Shown here in pieces: positions 49,995 to 62,619 of a DNA stretch of 63,535 nt (positions are counted from its first letter, which is position 1; each line of letters starts with the position of its first letter). The stretch lies in assembly GCF_001194135.2 (NCBI RefSeq), contig NC_068987.1:4600792-4664326 (forward strand), written 5' to 3'. The DNA comes from Octopus bimaculoides. Taxonomy: Eukaryota. Below the pieces are notes generated by a model that had not been told where the DNA came from, did no database searches, and saw only the letters and a list, made by a program, of their open reading frames with translations. The position numbers were made by a program, and so were the translations under genes.

Positions 49995-50959
49995 CTGAAA
50001 ACAGCACACAAACGCAATTGTGCAGATTTTGTTAACAACATACCATATTATGATTTTTGATCATTTGTTTATGAATAATTAATGAAATATTTTTTGTAAA
50101 ATAACCAAACAACACAAGAAAGAAGATTTATTGGAAAATTCATTTGTTAGAAATCAAGATGGAGGAGAAATTCATCCCTCTGGATTATTAGTATTGAATG
50201 CTGGGAGTTTTGAAAAACATTGTTTTGTCAAATATATATTATTGAATAAGATTTAACATTTTAATAATTTGTTATTAACAGCAAAGGGTTTTTCCTTAAA
50301 TATCTAAATTAATTCCAGAAAATATCTAAGAAAATTTCGTTTTTGTATTTGGTCTGCAAGTGCAAGATTCTTGATGTGAACACAGGTATTGAAACATATT
50401 TTGCTGTATGTTGGGAGGGTCACATGTGAATAATAAACACATGCTCTGGTTCTATTGCACTTTATTTGTCAATTGTCAATTGTTTAACCATTTAACCAAT
50501 TAAGTAATTGACTGTTTAATTAATTTGATTACTCATTCAGTCAATCAAATAATTAGGTTTGTAAACTCTTTTTGTCACCATTTGCAACCTCATAAATGAC
50601 ATGCCATCTCTATTGCAGGTCTACTTCAGAAGTCTGCTTAAGAAAACGATCAAAATGAAGCTTTTGCTTTCTGTGTATTTCAGTTTTACTATTTAAAACC
50701 TATTTTCTAAGATTCAGTCCAGTAGGATATGTCTTTGTCAGATAAAATATACTTTACAGTGTCAAAGACACATATTAAGCCATTCAGAAACACACGGAAA
50801 AAACTATTAGTTTCACTTAAACATTTATTATTTGGTGAGAAAATGTTCCTCACACCAGCTGCAACCTGGTCACTGACACAGTTCTCTAGCAGCAATTTCA
50901 GTTGGTCATCACCCCTACTCTTTATTCTGTGACACTTGCCTGCATAATTTGTGTTCACA

Positions 50960-51290
50960 TGTAACTACTACTGCTACTACTAATACCACATGTTCTACAA
51001 GTAGTAGCACCTGTAACCCTAGTACCACATGTCCTAAAAGCAGTAGCACTAGTACCACATGTTCCATGCTTGTACCACATGTCCTTAAAGCAGAAGTACT
51101 AGTACCACATTTCATAAAAGTCACAGCAGAAACAGTACATGTTCCAGAAATAGCAGTAAAAGCAGCTGTTGTAAAGCTAGTACCAAATGTCAGGGGAGCA
51201 GTACTGGTCCCTCATGTCTGATTAGTGGCAATACCAGTAATACTAGGTAACTGGAGTAACAATAGTAGCAATAGTAATGAAACAACTAGT
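50960..51290. repeat. Degenerate 30-bp minisatellite, AGT/ACT-rich
   Basis: Unit AGTACCACATGTCCTAAAAGCAGTAGCACT, decaying at both ends. Confidence 0.8.
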
Positions 51291-52686
51291 TTTTAAAATT
51301 TTGTATTAAACTTATAAGTCTGGTCTACACAAGTGAGGCAATATTTATTTAAAATAGCCACCTGTGTATCATACTTAAGGGTATATACACTGGTGATAGG
51401 CCAGAAATGGATCCAAAATGCCAAAACGCATCTGGTGTTCTCGCTGACCACTGAGGAGACAAATTTTCGTCTCCCCCTGATATTTTGTGTTTTTTTTTTA
51501 ACACAGTATGTCCACAAGAGTTGTTACCTCAGGACAAATAGCACAGAAACTGGCCTGTCAACAATATATATACATTAAGTATGACACATAGATGGATACT
51601 TTGAAGTAATATTGACCATTTTAATAAAAAGAAACTTAAAATAAAAAAATTGTCAAGGAATTTCATGCAAAAAAAAGTAATATTAAATGATCATGGTTGC
51701 TTTTGACTACATTTTCAATACAAAGATATCTCAAGTATTGATTGAAAATCTAGAGAAAAATCATGGAATTTCAAAGAATTTCAAAGAAAATTTCCAAGGA
51801 GACTTCTTTTCTCTAACATTGTACATACACAGTCACTAAAATATAGACAGAAATGTTGTGTATATTATAGTTTATAGAGTGTAACTAGATATATGAAATA
51901 AAGCTGCTTCCTGAATTATACAGACTCACAGAATTGGTTTCCTGGTTTCTGTGTGAGTATTCCTGAGAAGCGCCTGGTGTACATGTCATCAAAGAGCTTT
52001 TGAAGCATTTTTCTTCATGACCCAGGCTTTGGTTGCATACTTAAGAATGTTCTCTACACGAATGTTCTCTACATGAGCCCTGAATTTTGAACAGTTTAAA
52101 GGTGTAATAAATTGGTTTGCCATAAAGAATTGGGAAAATTAAATACTTCAATAGGGTTTCTGTGGATCTTACTTTTTACGATACATGAACTAAGTAATAG
52201 ATAGATATGTCTAATGGTGTGTGCATGACAAATTCTCTACTAATCAAATTTATTATCAGAGAGATTTGTGCTTTCTTAGGGTACAACTTTACATCAAGCT
52301 GACATGAGAAATTTATAATGGTAGATACATTCAGATATCTTTTACTTCTCAAATATTTTCTAATGTGATACTAATATCAGGGTACCTAAAGAATACTTTG
52401 ACTTTAAAGTCTCAAAAGAATGTTTGTTCTGCACAAAGAAATAGTTTATTAGATCAAAGTATGACTAGTGACCAAATGCGTATGTACAAAAAGTAAAGAC
52501 TCAAATAAAAAATGGAAATTTTCAGAACAATAAAAAGAAACATATTGTTCTTGATAAGATCGTTGATGCAGAACAAGTTAATAAATCAGTCAAGAAAAAA
52601 AACCCACTCCTAAGTTATTTTTTAATAAATGATAAATTTAAAATAAGATCAAATTATGTTTAACAGTTTTCATGCAGGAAATGCAG

Positions 52687-52990
52687 GCTCAAGATGAACC
52701 AAGTTTACCAGATGTTCAACAACAGCTCAAGTTGAGCCAAATTTACCAGATGTTCAGTGAAGGCTCAAGTTGAACCAAATTCACCAGATGTTCAGCGAAG
52801 GCTCAAGTTGAACCAAATTTACCAGATGTCCAGTGACAGCTCAAGTTGAGCCAAATTTACCAGATGTTTAGTGAAGGCTCAAGTTGAGCCAAATTTACCA
52901 AATGTTTAGTGTTAGCTCAAATTGAGCCGAATTTACCAGATGTTCAATGACAGCTCAAGCTGAGCTAAATTTACCAGATATTCAGAGACA
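52687..52990. repeat. 38-bp minisatellite, 8 units
   Basis: Consensus GCTCAAGTTGAGCCAAATTTACCAGATGTTCAGTGAAG; 8 x 38 = 304 bp. Confidence 0.95.
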
Positions 52991-53011
52991 AACAAAAAAC
53001 ACTGGCTTTAC

Positions 53012-53102
53012 CTCTTGAGGTTCTGGAGCAGATTCCTCTTCCGTTTGGCGTCTCCTTGAGCGGCGAGATGTTGTGTCTTCTTCAACTGCTTCTGAAGTTG
53101 CC
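53012..53102 (-). CDS. Exon, phase 2/0: (R)ATSEAVEEDTTSRRSRRRQTEEESAPEPQE
   Basis: Acceptor cttctctttttaccttatcaag|G and donor GAG|GTAAAG. 91 nt; joins the phase-2 upstream exon. Confidence 0.85.
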
Positions 53103-53231
53103 CTTGATAAGGTAAAAAGAGAAGGAAATAAAGTAAATAGACAAACAAGGCACCAGAATTCTTCAACAGCCATTCTAAAAGCAAAATATGATATCAGTTG
53201 AGTATGCATCACAAAAAACAACATATTTTAC

Positions 53232-53270
<39 letters not shown>

Positions 53271-53761
53271 AATGGTAATTGAAATTTTATGTAATTGATA
53301 ATGTAATATTAATTGTGCTGCTTTTGTAAGCAATGTGAGTCAAAAGAATAAATTGTAATAGTGCTTCTTCTATCAACATGATTTTAAATGACAAAATCTG
53401 CTGACAGAGAAAGCATGCAAAACAATTACATTCTCTCAACTGATATTGTTCAATATGTTTTTTACCAAGTAATATTTCTATTTATATCTATTATATAAAT
53501 GTATTATGCATACATAAAGATATACATACATGCGTATCCATGTACATACATATATACAAATTTAGGTGTTATGTGACTGACTAGAATATTTTTTTTTTAA
53601 TTAATTAATTGACAATATTTAAGTAATAAACTGAATTAATGTTTATTAATTGAAATTATTAATTATATTTACTGTTTAAGTTATCATCAAATATGTTTAT
53701 TAACATCATTAATAAATCTTCTCGTTATCATTAACTCAACACTTAATCTTGTTTTAATAAA

Positions 53762-53820
<59 letters not shown>

Positions 53821-53934
53821 CATTTTATTATTATCATTTATATTATTATTATTATATTATTATCATTTATATTATTTTATCATTTTATCATTATTATCGT
53901 CAAGAATTTATAATTATTATTATCACCATTATTA

Positions 53935-53968
<34 letters not shown>

Positions 53969-54233
53969 GATTATCATCATCATCATTATCAAGCGGAAGA
54001 TCAAACGCTGTTGACATTCTGGGCCTAGTACCATTCTTTTTCTAATTACGCAGGTTTGTTGTTCATTTACAAGACTACAATGGAAGCAAGTTTTCCTTTT
54101 AAGAAGCTTTTTGGAGTAGTTATGGTTTATATTAGTAAAGGTATGACGGAGGAATAATTTTAGCAGAAAAGTAGGTTAAACATTATTTGTTATGCAATAA
54201 GCTTTATAATGAAGAACTAATTTTATATGTTGA

Positions 54234-54309
<76 letters not shown>

Positions 54310-56350
54310 TTCTCTTTATCACAGGTTTTGTTGAAGCTCTTGGAGTCTTGCATGCATAGCGGGCTTACCACCTGCAGCCTCTGGTACCATGCTATCTGTT
54401 CTTTTCACCTATCTGATATTTTACTGATTATTCTGGTTCTTATTTCATTGTTACCACAGGAATGAAAGGTTTAGTTGACGCTAGAAGAATTTTAAATCAG
54501 AAAGTAAAGACCTTAATGAAAACCTAAGAACCCGTGTAAAAGAAGCTAAATTGATACCAATTCCTGACTTGTCATTGAACTGAACCCAGGTCTGGTTTAG
54601 CATTTGTGGATGTTAGATCTAGGAAAGTCTACTTTGTTTTAATAATATCAAAATGGCATTTGGTTCTGTTTAAGACTATTTATGATAAAGTCATAGAATA
54701 CCAAATGAAAACACTTTAATATGGAAAAAATATAACATTTCTTGAAATTTGGAAAGAAGTATCTGAGTTTTTAACAAGAAGTAAAATTCTGAGAAATTAT
54801 TTTATGAAATTGAAACATTATCTAAGAATAAAAACCTTTGGAAACAATTTAAGATATATTTGCTTGTATTTCTTTGTTATTTTAAATATGCAAATAGATC
54901 TATGTATCAATAAGACCTAAATTAAATATAATTTTAACTAGTTTTAATTTCAATTTTAGTTAGTTTTAAAGTCAAGCTTAGCTAGTTTTAATGTCAATTT
55001 TTAGTTTTAAATGTTAATTTTAACTAGTTTTAATTATGTATATTTTTTTTTATAGCATTCTTTCTTAATTAACACTTTTTCTAAAGTATGAATCATAATA
55101 TTTATGAGTTTTGAATTCGAGAGAACCAGATTTCAATAGAATTCATGTGATTTTAATGATACTTGCAAATAACTTATCTGTTTAATGCTTTTTTTAAAAA
55201 AAGATATCTTTAAAAAATTCTCTTTTAAAGATGTTTAAAAAAGTGATTTTTTTTTAAAGTTGTTTTTTTTTTTTCATTGTCTCCCAATAATGTAAGTGTT
55301 CTGGTTATTCAAACCATGATAATGTCTTTCAGCTGATAACCAAATATGACAGGATTCAAATGCTGCTTTGGAATGATATAAACAGAAATTGCAATAAATT
55401 CTTGCTGCCAAGAAACAAGTAGTAAGAGATATGTCTGAGGCAACTGGAAGTCATAATTAAAATTGACATGCTTCATTATCAAGTTGAAACAAAATGCTTG
55501 GAGATTAAGTGAAAAATTTTTCAGTAATGCATTGCCAATATATTTGTGGTATCAAAACATGCAATCAGTGCAAGAATCGTCAGTTTAATTTCTAGTCCTA
55601 ATAACAATTCCAAAGAAATCAATAAAATTTATATTAGTAGAATTTAATGCTTGGCTAGAATCGTTTGCAAGTAAAAGGAATTTTGTTTTGAATTAGTTAG
55701 AATGAGAGAAGTGATGTTCTTTGCCAATTTTAGGGAAGGGATATTTTGTTATTTATAGTTGGAAAGAAATCAAACACTGATAGTGTGATCTAGACGGATT
55801 CACTTCTAGAAAAGAAGAATTTGGAAAAGAACATGGTCTTGGGAATATGAAATGAAACATGGTAAGAGTAAAGAAAAATGGAGATGGTAGGTACAATAAG
55901 TGTGTTTGATTAGTGGTAATATAGAATTGGTAAGGCTGTTCTGATATGACAGGCAGAAAATTGCAGATGAGGGATAGTGCCGTCTGAATGTCTGTCAGTT
56001 TAATATGGAAGGAATTTAATACAATTCAACAGTTCTTTCGTTCCAAGTCTTAAGACACACACACACACCCAACATGTGAAGGATTGTAAGACTACCAAAT
56101 CTGTAGTTAGCTAGGTTCTACCTAAAACTGAAAACTTGCCTTAAAAAAGTAAATTTAAACAGTGATATTATTGCCGCTCCTAATCATTTTCAGTCTAAAT
56201 ATACCAGAATTCGTAATATGTGAATCCTTCCTAATTTCATGAAGACAAATTAGGTTCAATTGATATTTTCTTTGATTTATGGTGACTTGCAAATGGCATG
56301 TTTATGCAAACGCTGCCAATCAAAAGCTAAAAATACTAAATACAAGGAGA

Positions 56351-56600
56351 TTTCAGGGGGTCATCAGGAGAGAATGCACACCATTTTGGGGTCTTCCTCT
56401 CAATGGCTTTGCAGCACATCACCACCACCCTCACTAATGTGATGCCCCATTTAGTGGATCAACTAACTTGTAGGTTTCAGGAATCATCAGGAGAGAGTGT
56501 GCACCATTTTGGGGCCTTCCTATCAAAGACTTTACACCACAATAACTCCACCTCCCCACTCATTCATTTATGTGATACCTGAACTACTGGACTGATTGAA
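56351..56600. repeat. Diverged tandem duplication, period 124 bp
   Basis: tttcagg..tcatcaggagag..caccattttgggg.cttcct starts at both 56351 and 56475. Confidence 0.75.
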
Positions 56601-57163
56601 TAGCTGCACCAACCCTACATAGTCATCCTACTCAAAATACAAAGCCATGATTCCCCGAAATGAATGCCAGTTCCCAAAATAGCCTCCAGGAGATGGTGAG
56701 TATAAGTGGAAGAAAGAGTTACTAGAAGTGACCAATCAAATAAGTGAAGGAAAGGGTGCATGTGAGTGAGTGAGTGAGTGAGTGAGTGAGTGAGTGAGTG
56801 AGAATGAGTGGGTGAGAGTGAGTGAGTGACTGACTGACTGAGTGAAAGAGACGGTGTGAGTAAGAGACTAGGTAGAAGCAAGTGAGGATTGAGTGAGTGG
56901 ATTATTGCAGAATGCTTCAAGAAATATTGCTCAATATTAAAAAATCAGGCAAGAAAAAAAAGAAAGGAAAAGGGATGCAATGATTGAAAAACATGCACAT
57001 CAGAATTGATAATGGAATTCTTAATCTTTTGAAATATGAAACATTCTGATTGTCCACTAACAAACTAATATCTAAAACAGACACCTCACAATTGTATTAC
57101 AGTATCATGTGTGTGTGCATGTGTGTGTGCATATGTGTGTATACCTTTTCAAATTCTTTTATT

Positions 57164-57200
57164 TTTTTTCTGATGAAGGACTAATGTCCAAAATATCAAG
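57164..57200 (+). mobile_element. Family C hammerhead-like PLE terminal motif, degenerate
   Basis: CTGATGA-A-GGAC-taat-GTCC-AAA-ATAT-C^AAG: perfect stem II, palindromic ATAT, G12 to A consistent with CpG decay, weak stem I. Confidence 0.45.
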
Positions 57201-58203
57201 TTGCTTTCCCTTCTTATTAAGTATTAAATTAATATAGCTGCTTGTGTGTAGATATGCATATAAGAATATGTTTTACCAAGCAAGTAGCATATCAAGGAGA
57301 GGTATTCATTGGCTGCTAAAACACCAGTAATATCCAGCTTACCCCATCAATCAGTGTTGGCAGTTTAACATTTGACTGAATACAACAAATACCAGTAATA
57401 TTTTCTCAATCTACGTCTTGCCATCACACACTAATGACTGTTATTAATCATGGTTTTGATGATGGGAATAAAAGAATCTCTCTGATACAATTGTTTATTT
57501 GATTCTCTGAAAACAAAACTCTTGAAAAGCACCCATACCAGAAATGCTGAAGAGAAAAAATGTATCTATTCTTAGAGAATCATTTCACAAGTAAACAACT
57601 CTGCCAGTGATTTTAGCCTTCCTTCTAGTCCTTAACTTACATTGAAACCCTCCAATGTATCTATTGTAACAGAATCAAGCATGTATTTCAGTAAACAAAT
57701 GTATATTTATTACATGAACTTTCCTTTTGAGATGTGTTGAGTTGTTATGAAGCTCTTTAGTCCAAAGCTTTATTCAACAACTAAAACTCAGTTACTTTTT
57801 TTATTTAACTAACTTAGATAATATGACAGTTTCCATTTTAAGTCAATTTCTAATAATTATATAATCATATTTGGAGACAAATTAGTTCAATTAACAATTA
57901 CCCTATTTCTGTTCAATTATTCTTCTTCAACCTAATTTTCTACATTGTTCCTACTTTAAACACAATGAATATTTGTTTGGACAGGAATGGTTTGAATTAA
58001 AAAAATATTTACTCTGTTTTTATTATATAACAATCTGCTCCTAAGATATTTATTAGATAGCATTGCTATGTGCAGTTGCAGCAGGATGCTGATATATAAT
58101 GCACATGGCATGCAGTGATAATGCGTATCATTCGTTTCCTAGCACCAGGTTTTGTTTACTCTAGTGGAATGAAGAAATAGGAAGCTGTAGGCTTTTTTCT
58201 TGC

Positions 58204-58290
58204 CTTAACCGGGCTTCACGAGCCTCTCTTCGTTCCCGTCGTTTACGTTCATAATCATCCTCTTCATTAAAACTGTTTACTTCCGCGGCA
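58204..58290 (-). CDS. Exon, phase 2/2: AAEVNSFNEEDDYERKRRERREAREARL(R)
   Basis: Acceptor gtgtgtttcctcactaatgcag|T. Donor is AAG|GCAAGA (GC type, exon end 58204) or the weaker CCG|GTTAAG (end 58210); both are phase 2. Confidence 0.85.
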
Positions 58291-58534
58291 CTGCATTAGT
58301 GAGGAAACACACAAGTTAAAACAAAACAGCAACAAAACAACACAGAAAAAAAAACCTGAAAATATAACAAAAAAAAGTATACAAATTTGACATAGAAGAT
58401 GATAAGAAAGACAAAGACAAAGAAAAAGAAAGACATAGAAAAGACAAAGAAAAGCCCAAAAAAGAAACCAGTCTACACACTAGAATTATTGAAGAATATT
58501 TCAAGGGTAGGTTTGCCCCTTAAAATGAAAATTT

Positions 58535-58583
<49 letters not shown>

Positions 58584-58639
58584 AAAAGAAAAAAAAATTA
58601 AATAAACAACAAAAAAATCATGCAGAAAACATGTTTTAA

Positions 58640-58839
58640 CCCTTTAGCATTTAAACCAGCCATATTGGGCCCAGATATTCTACCTGTTTTATGCTCAAAC
58701 TGGCCAAATCCGGCCTTTCACATTTGTCCTACAATGTTATATGAATAATCACATCATGTATGAGATAATGGATGATTAATTAAAATCAATGTGAATAAAT
58801 AAGCTATAGATTTGGCAAAGTAATATGAATGCTAAAAGG
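58640..58839. mobile_element. piggyBac-like MITE (related copies at about 12854-13021 and a partial at about 62240)
   Basis: TTAA|CCCTTTAGCATT ... AATGCTAAAAGG|TTAA. Confidence 0.7.
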
Positions 58840-59158
58840 TTAAAGTTTGTACAAATCTTTAAAAATTTACCATTTGTAAACTACTTCAACTGGCAACAAC
58901 AGAACTATGGTTCTATCAAAGATATGTTACAACTTCATCATTTTGTCGACATGTTTTAGTCATTAGAGTGCACACATTAATCTGGAAATCTTTCCAATGT
59001 GTTAGATTAAAACCCGAGAAAACATAACGAATCACACATCAAACTGTCACAATCTGGAACACCATTTCTGTTTTAAAATTGTTGCAACTATTTCAGGAAG
59101 AATTCTTCTGCAACCATTTTTCAATTTCAAAATACTTTAAATATTTTAAACCATTTAA

Positions 59159-59399
59159 CTCATTCGTACTGAAATTTTTTCTAGTGAATGAAATTGCCTG
59201 AAAATTCACAGATATTTTGATCTAAATAACAACTGAAAAAAAATTTCATTGAAATCCGTTTGATACAGACTGCATGCGTGTTAAGAACATGTTTCATTCT
59301 TTGATACAGATCAAACACAAATCACAATTTGTATCAAGTATTAGTTTTATACCCTTATAAATAAAGGGTCAGTTTAAACGGACGATCAGCATGAATGGG
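59159..59399. mobile_element. piggyBac-like MITE, different family
   Basis: TTAA|CTCATTCGTAC ... GCATGAATGGG|TTAA (8/11 TIR match). Confidence 0.55.
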
Positions 59400-61004
59400 T
59401 TAAACAAAACGACCATGAATGAAAAGAATGTTGACAATTTAATTCTTCAGTAGAGACTTTTGGTCGATTTTGTTGTTGGTATTTAACTAGCATAGAATTG
59501 TGTCCATGACTAAAACACTTAATCCCTGCTGTAAAAGGTAATAAAAAACACAAAAAAAACATCACTGGTTGCTATTCTTGTTGGTGGCTTCACTGTGGTA
59601 AACCATGATATGATGAAGGTTCCTGAGAAATGTAGAGATGATATGAGAACAATCTTGGTTGCAAAGTTGCAAAGTTCATGATCACTGTAAGAACATTTCC
59701 ATCGTTTTTATTGGCAAGGCACTGTATTCCACATGCCTCACTCCACCTTGATGTCAGGGTTGTGTCTCAGAACTTTGGGGAAAATTAACTGAAAGAGACT
59801 GGCATACGATCCAGGGGAAGATTTATTTTTTTCTCATCATATTCAGTGCTTCAGAAACCATAACTGGATCTGAGATGCTTGTGAAAGGATTAAGTTATAA
59901 ACACAAACAACATATTTTATAAAGTTACTCAAAATAAAGAAATGAAATAAATTAACTATTAACGATTCATTTGAAAATTAAATTACATAATCTGGAATCC
60001 GTCCCAATACATATCAATAATACTATACCTGACATATAATGAGATCAATAAAAAGGAGATCAATTGTAACTATAAATCAATAACATATAGTAATATAGAT
60101 CATTAATCAATACAAAACAAAAGCTCTGTATTGCAGGAGTTGGAACTGAATTACAAATGAGAAAGAAAAAAAAAATAGGTGAAAAATAACAAGAGATATT
60201 ACCTTCAATAATTCTTTTTTTTTTTTTTTTGTATGCAAACTAAAACAAAAAGACTTAGGCTCTTTTAAGGGTCCAACACAGTATATTATAAAAAGGGTTT
60301 GAACTCATGACCTTCAAGTTAGTATTTCATCATCTTAACTTGACTTGAGACCATAATGTTCAGGGTTTGATGGAGATGAAATCAAACTGCATGAAAATCA
60401 GGTTCTTGTTCGGGGGTCATTAGGGTCCTTTATGACATAAATGGAATGCAAAAGCAACTAATGTAATGATAATGTAAACTTAGAGGATTGAGGTGGGGAA
60501 ACTTAACTCAGCTCTGCAACAATAATGATTAGATAAAATCATTTTTTTGTTTTTACAAGAGTCATGTTTAATTTAAATTTACTTCAACTATGATCAGTTT
60601 TTGCATTAAAAAGACAAAAATTTAAATTCTGACCCCAATGAAACCTGAATACAGAAATAGTCCAACTCTTTTGTCTGGAAAGTTAAAATATTTGATGAAA
60701 ATTCATAAAAATGCATGCAAAAAATGAAAACATTTAACAAATTAATTCTTATGGCAAAACAAATTTCTAATGAAATAACATTATTTTTGTGTTTTAACTA
60801 ATTTGGGAAATACTTAAAAATTTGAAGTAATTTAGTCAAAAGTAATTGTTCTCAATAGCTATCCACTAAAACAATGGTTCTCAACCAGGGTCCATATACG
60901 ACCCTTAAGGGTCCATATATGACCCTTAAGGGGTCATTGTTAAAAATTTATCTCCAAGAAATTGGTTATACTTCTTGGCTATGCTGGAGTACTACCTTGA
61001 AGTT

Positions 61005-61225
61005 CAGGAGTTCTCAACCAGGACCCATATAACCCTCAGGGGTCAATATAAGTTTTCATTGTTAAACCTCATGTGCAATAAACTAGTTATACTTCTACGA
61101 TATAAAAAAAATATAAAAATTTTTTTTTACACAATTCCTAATAACATCTAATTATAATTTTTAACGTGGGTGTGTCCTTTGGAGTTAAGTAGGAATCAAT
61201 GCGCAAAAATGGTTGAGAATTTCTG
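61005..61225. mobile_element. hAT-like MITE, with a partial upstream copy from 60872
   Basis: TIR CAGGAGTTCTCAACC / GGTTGAGAATTTCTG. Confidence 0.6.
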
Positions 61226-61407
61226 GAGTTTAGTTGAACAGGCAGTCCAGCAAAAACGATTGAAAGAGTGAATACTAAACTTAAAAGTAAGTGGGGGGGG
61301 GGGGTGATCTGTTTGACTAAAACCCTTTAAGGCATTGCACTAGTATAGTCACAGTTCACTGATTTAAATGAGTACAAGGCATCAGTCTGACATTAAATTC
61401 TTTAAAC

Positions 61408-61857
61408 CAGCGCTTCTTAAACTATGGGTCGCAACCCCATTTGGGGTCATGAAGTGAAATGCTGGGGTCGCAAAATGCTGAGGTTGCGAAAATTAAATTC
61501 AAACACTTGAATTTCAGCTTATATGTCATTTATGTCTCTATTGCCCACAAAGGGCTAAACATAGAGGGGACAAACAAGGACAGAGGGATTAAGTCGATTA
61601 CATCGACCCCAGTGCATAACTGGTACTTATTTAATCGACCCCAAAAGGATGAAAGGCAAAGTCAACCTCGGCGGAATTTGAACGCAGAACATAACGAAAT
61701 ACCGCCAAGCATTTTGCCCGGTGGGCCAACGTTTCTGCCAGCTCACCGCCTTTTCAGCTTATATGTTATTTCCCAAACACATATTTAATACCTGGGGTCA
61801 GGAAAAATCTCTTAATGAAAAATGGGGTCATGAATGAAAGACGTTTAAGAAGCACTG
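61408..61857. mobile_element. hAT-like MITE containing a nested SINE
   Basis: TIR CAGCGCTTCTTAAAC / GTTTAAGAAGCACTG; 8-bp flanks CTTTAAAC / CTGAAAAC. The nested SINE has a 15-bp TSD TTTCAGCTTATATGT (61512-61526 / 61752-61766). Confidence 0.75.
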
Positions 61858-61991
61858 CTGAAAACCATCAAAAAGTCACAGATTTTCTGAGAATGCTTAC
61901 AGCTTTTTGAGATTGGCTTTGTTTTTAGGTGATAAAATGGATTAAAAGGAAATTAGAGAAAATGGTTGATGAAAACATTACATTCACATAC

Positions 61992-62087
61992 AGCCTGCTT
62001 AACCGATCCTCTTTCAGTTGACGTTTCTGTGCCGTTTTGATTTGTTCGTCTCTGACAGATGAGTTAACCAAACCATTTCTGTTTGAG
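61992..62087 (-). CDS. Exon, phase 2/2: SNRNGLVNSSVRDEQIKTAQKRQLKEDRLSR(L)
   Basis: Acceptor ttttgcatgaaatttgcatgaacag|C and donor GCT|GTATGT. 96 nt; overlaps ORF 61925..62110. Confidence 0.7.
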
Positions 62088-62345
62088 CTGTTCATGCAAA
62101 TTTCATGCAAAAATTCATGTGAGAAAGAAAAAAAAAATAGAAAAACAAAATAATGGAGATAAAATATAAGTTAAAATTGTTAATCAAAGAAAAATAAATG
62201 AGGTAAAAAAAAAAGACAAAAAGGAAACTTGTAAATTAACCCTTTAGCATTTAAATTGGCCACCATCATCATAATCATCATCATAATCATCATCATCATC
62301 AACATCATCATCATCATCATCATCATCATCATTATGATCATCACC

Positions 62346-62394
<49 letters not shown>

Positions 62395-62396
62395 CT

Positions 62397-62439
<43 letters not shown>

Positions 62440-62619
62440 CCATCACCATCATTCGTTTTCCAAGCTGGCAAGGCTAAGAGCTTCACCGATTCCATTGTAT
62501 GTTTTGGTTTCTTTGGGTAGTTGCCCTTCCTGACATCAACCACTTAACTGAGTGTAGTGGAGGGGCTTTTTCGCAAGGCCCCATCACCAGTGCTTTTCAC
62601 ATGGCATCAGCACTCATTA

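Larger units (their letters stand above)
1081..62087 (-). other. Partial multi-exon protein-coding gene: charged ER/K helical N-terminal half plus acidic/low-complexity WPP-motif exons; probably a cytoskeletal or muscle protein
   Basis: At least 11 AG/GT(GC)-bounded open exons on the minus strand whose splice phases join in frame (2/2, 2/2, 2/0, then 0/0). No start codon or final stop for the long form is seen in the window. Confidence 0.85.

Noticed and set aside
50707-50958. Minus-strand ORF with exon-like segment
   Set aside because: Available acceptors are phase 1 or 2, incompatible with the phase-0 neighbours.
50949-51221. Ser/Thr/Cys mucin-like ORF
   Set aside because: Derived from a decaying 30-bp repeat with a frameshift and stops; no supporting splice sites.
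51528-51554. Possible 27-nt exon ASFCAICPE
   Set aside because: Weak polypyrimidine tract; expected by chance in a large intron.
52687-52990. CRISPR-like array
   Set aside because: Contiguous tandem units without unique spacers, in a eukaryotic intron.
59566-59622. Possible 57-nt phase-2 exon NLHHIMVYHSEATNKNSN
   Set aside because: Good acceptor but weak donor (CA|GTGATG); not excluded.
1081-62087. Assigning a gene symbol (troponin I, caldesmon, XIRP/LIMA1-like)
   Set aside because: Only compositional resemblance; no diagnostic folded domain is encoded within the window.
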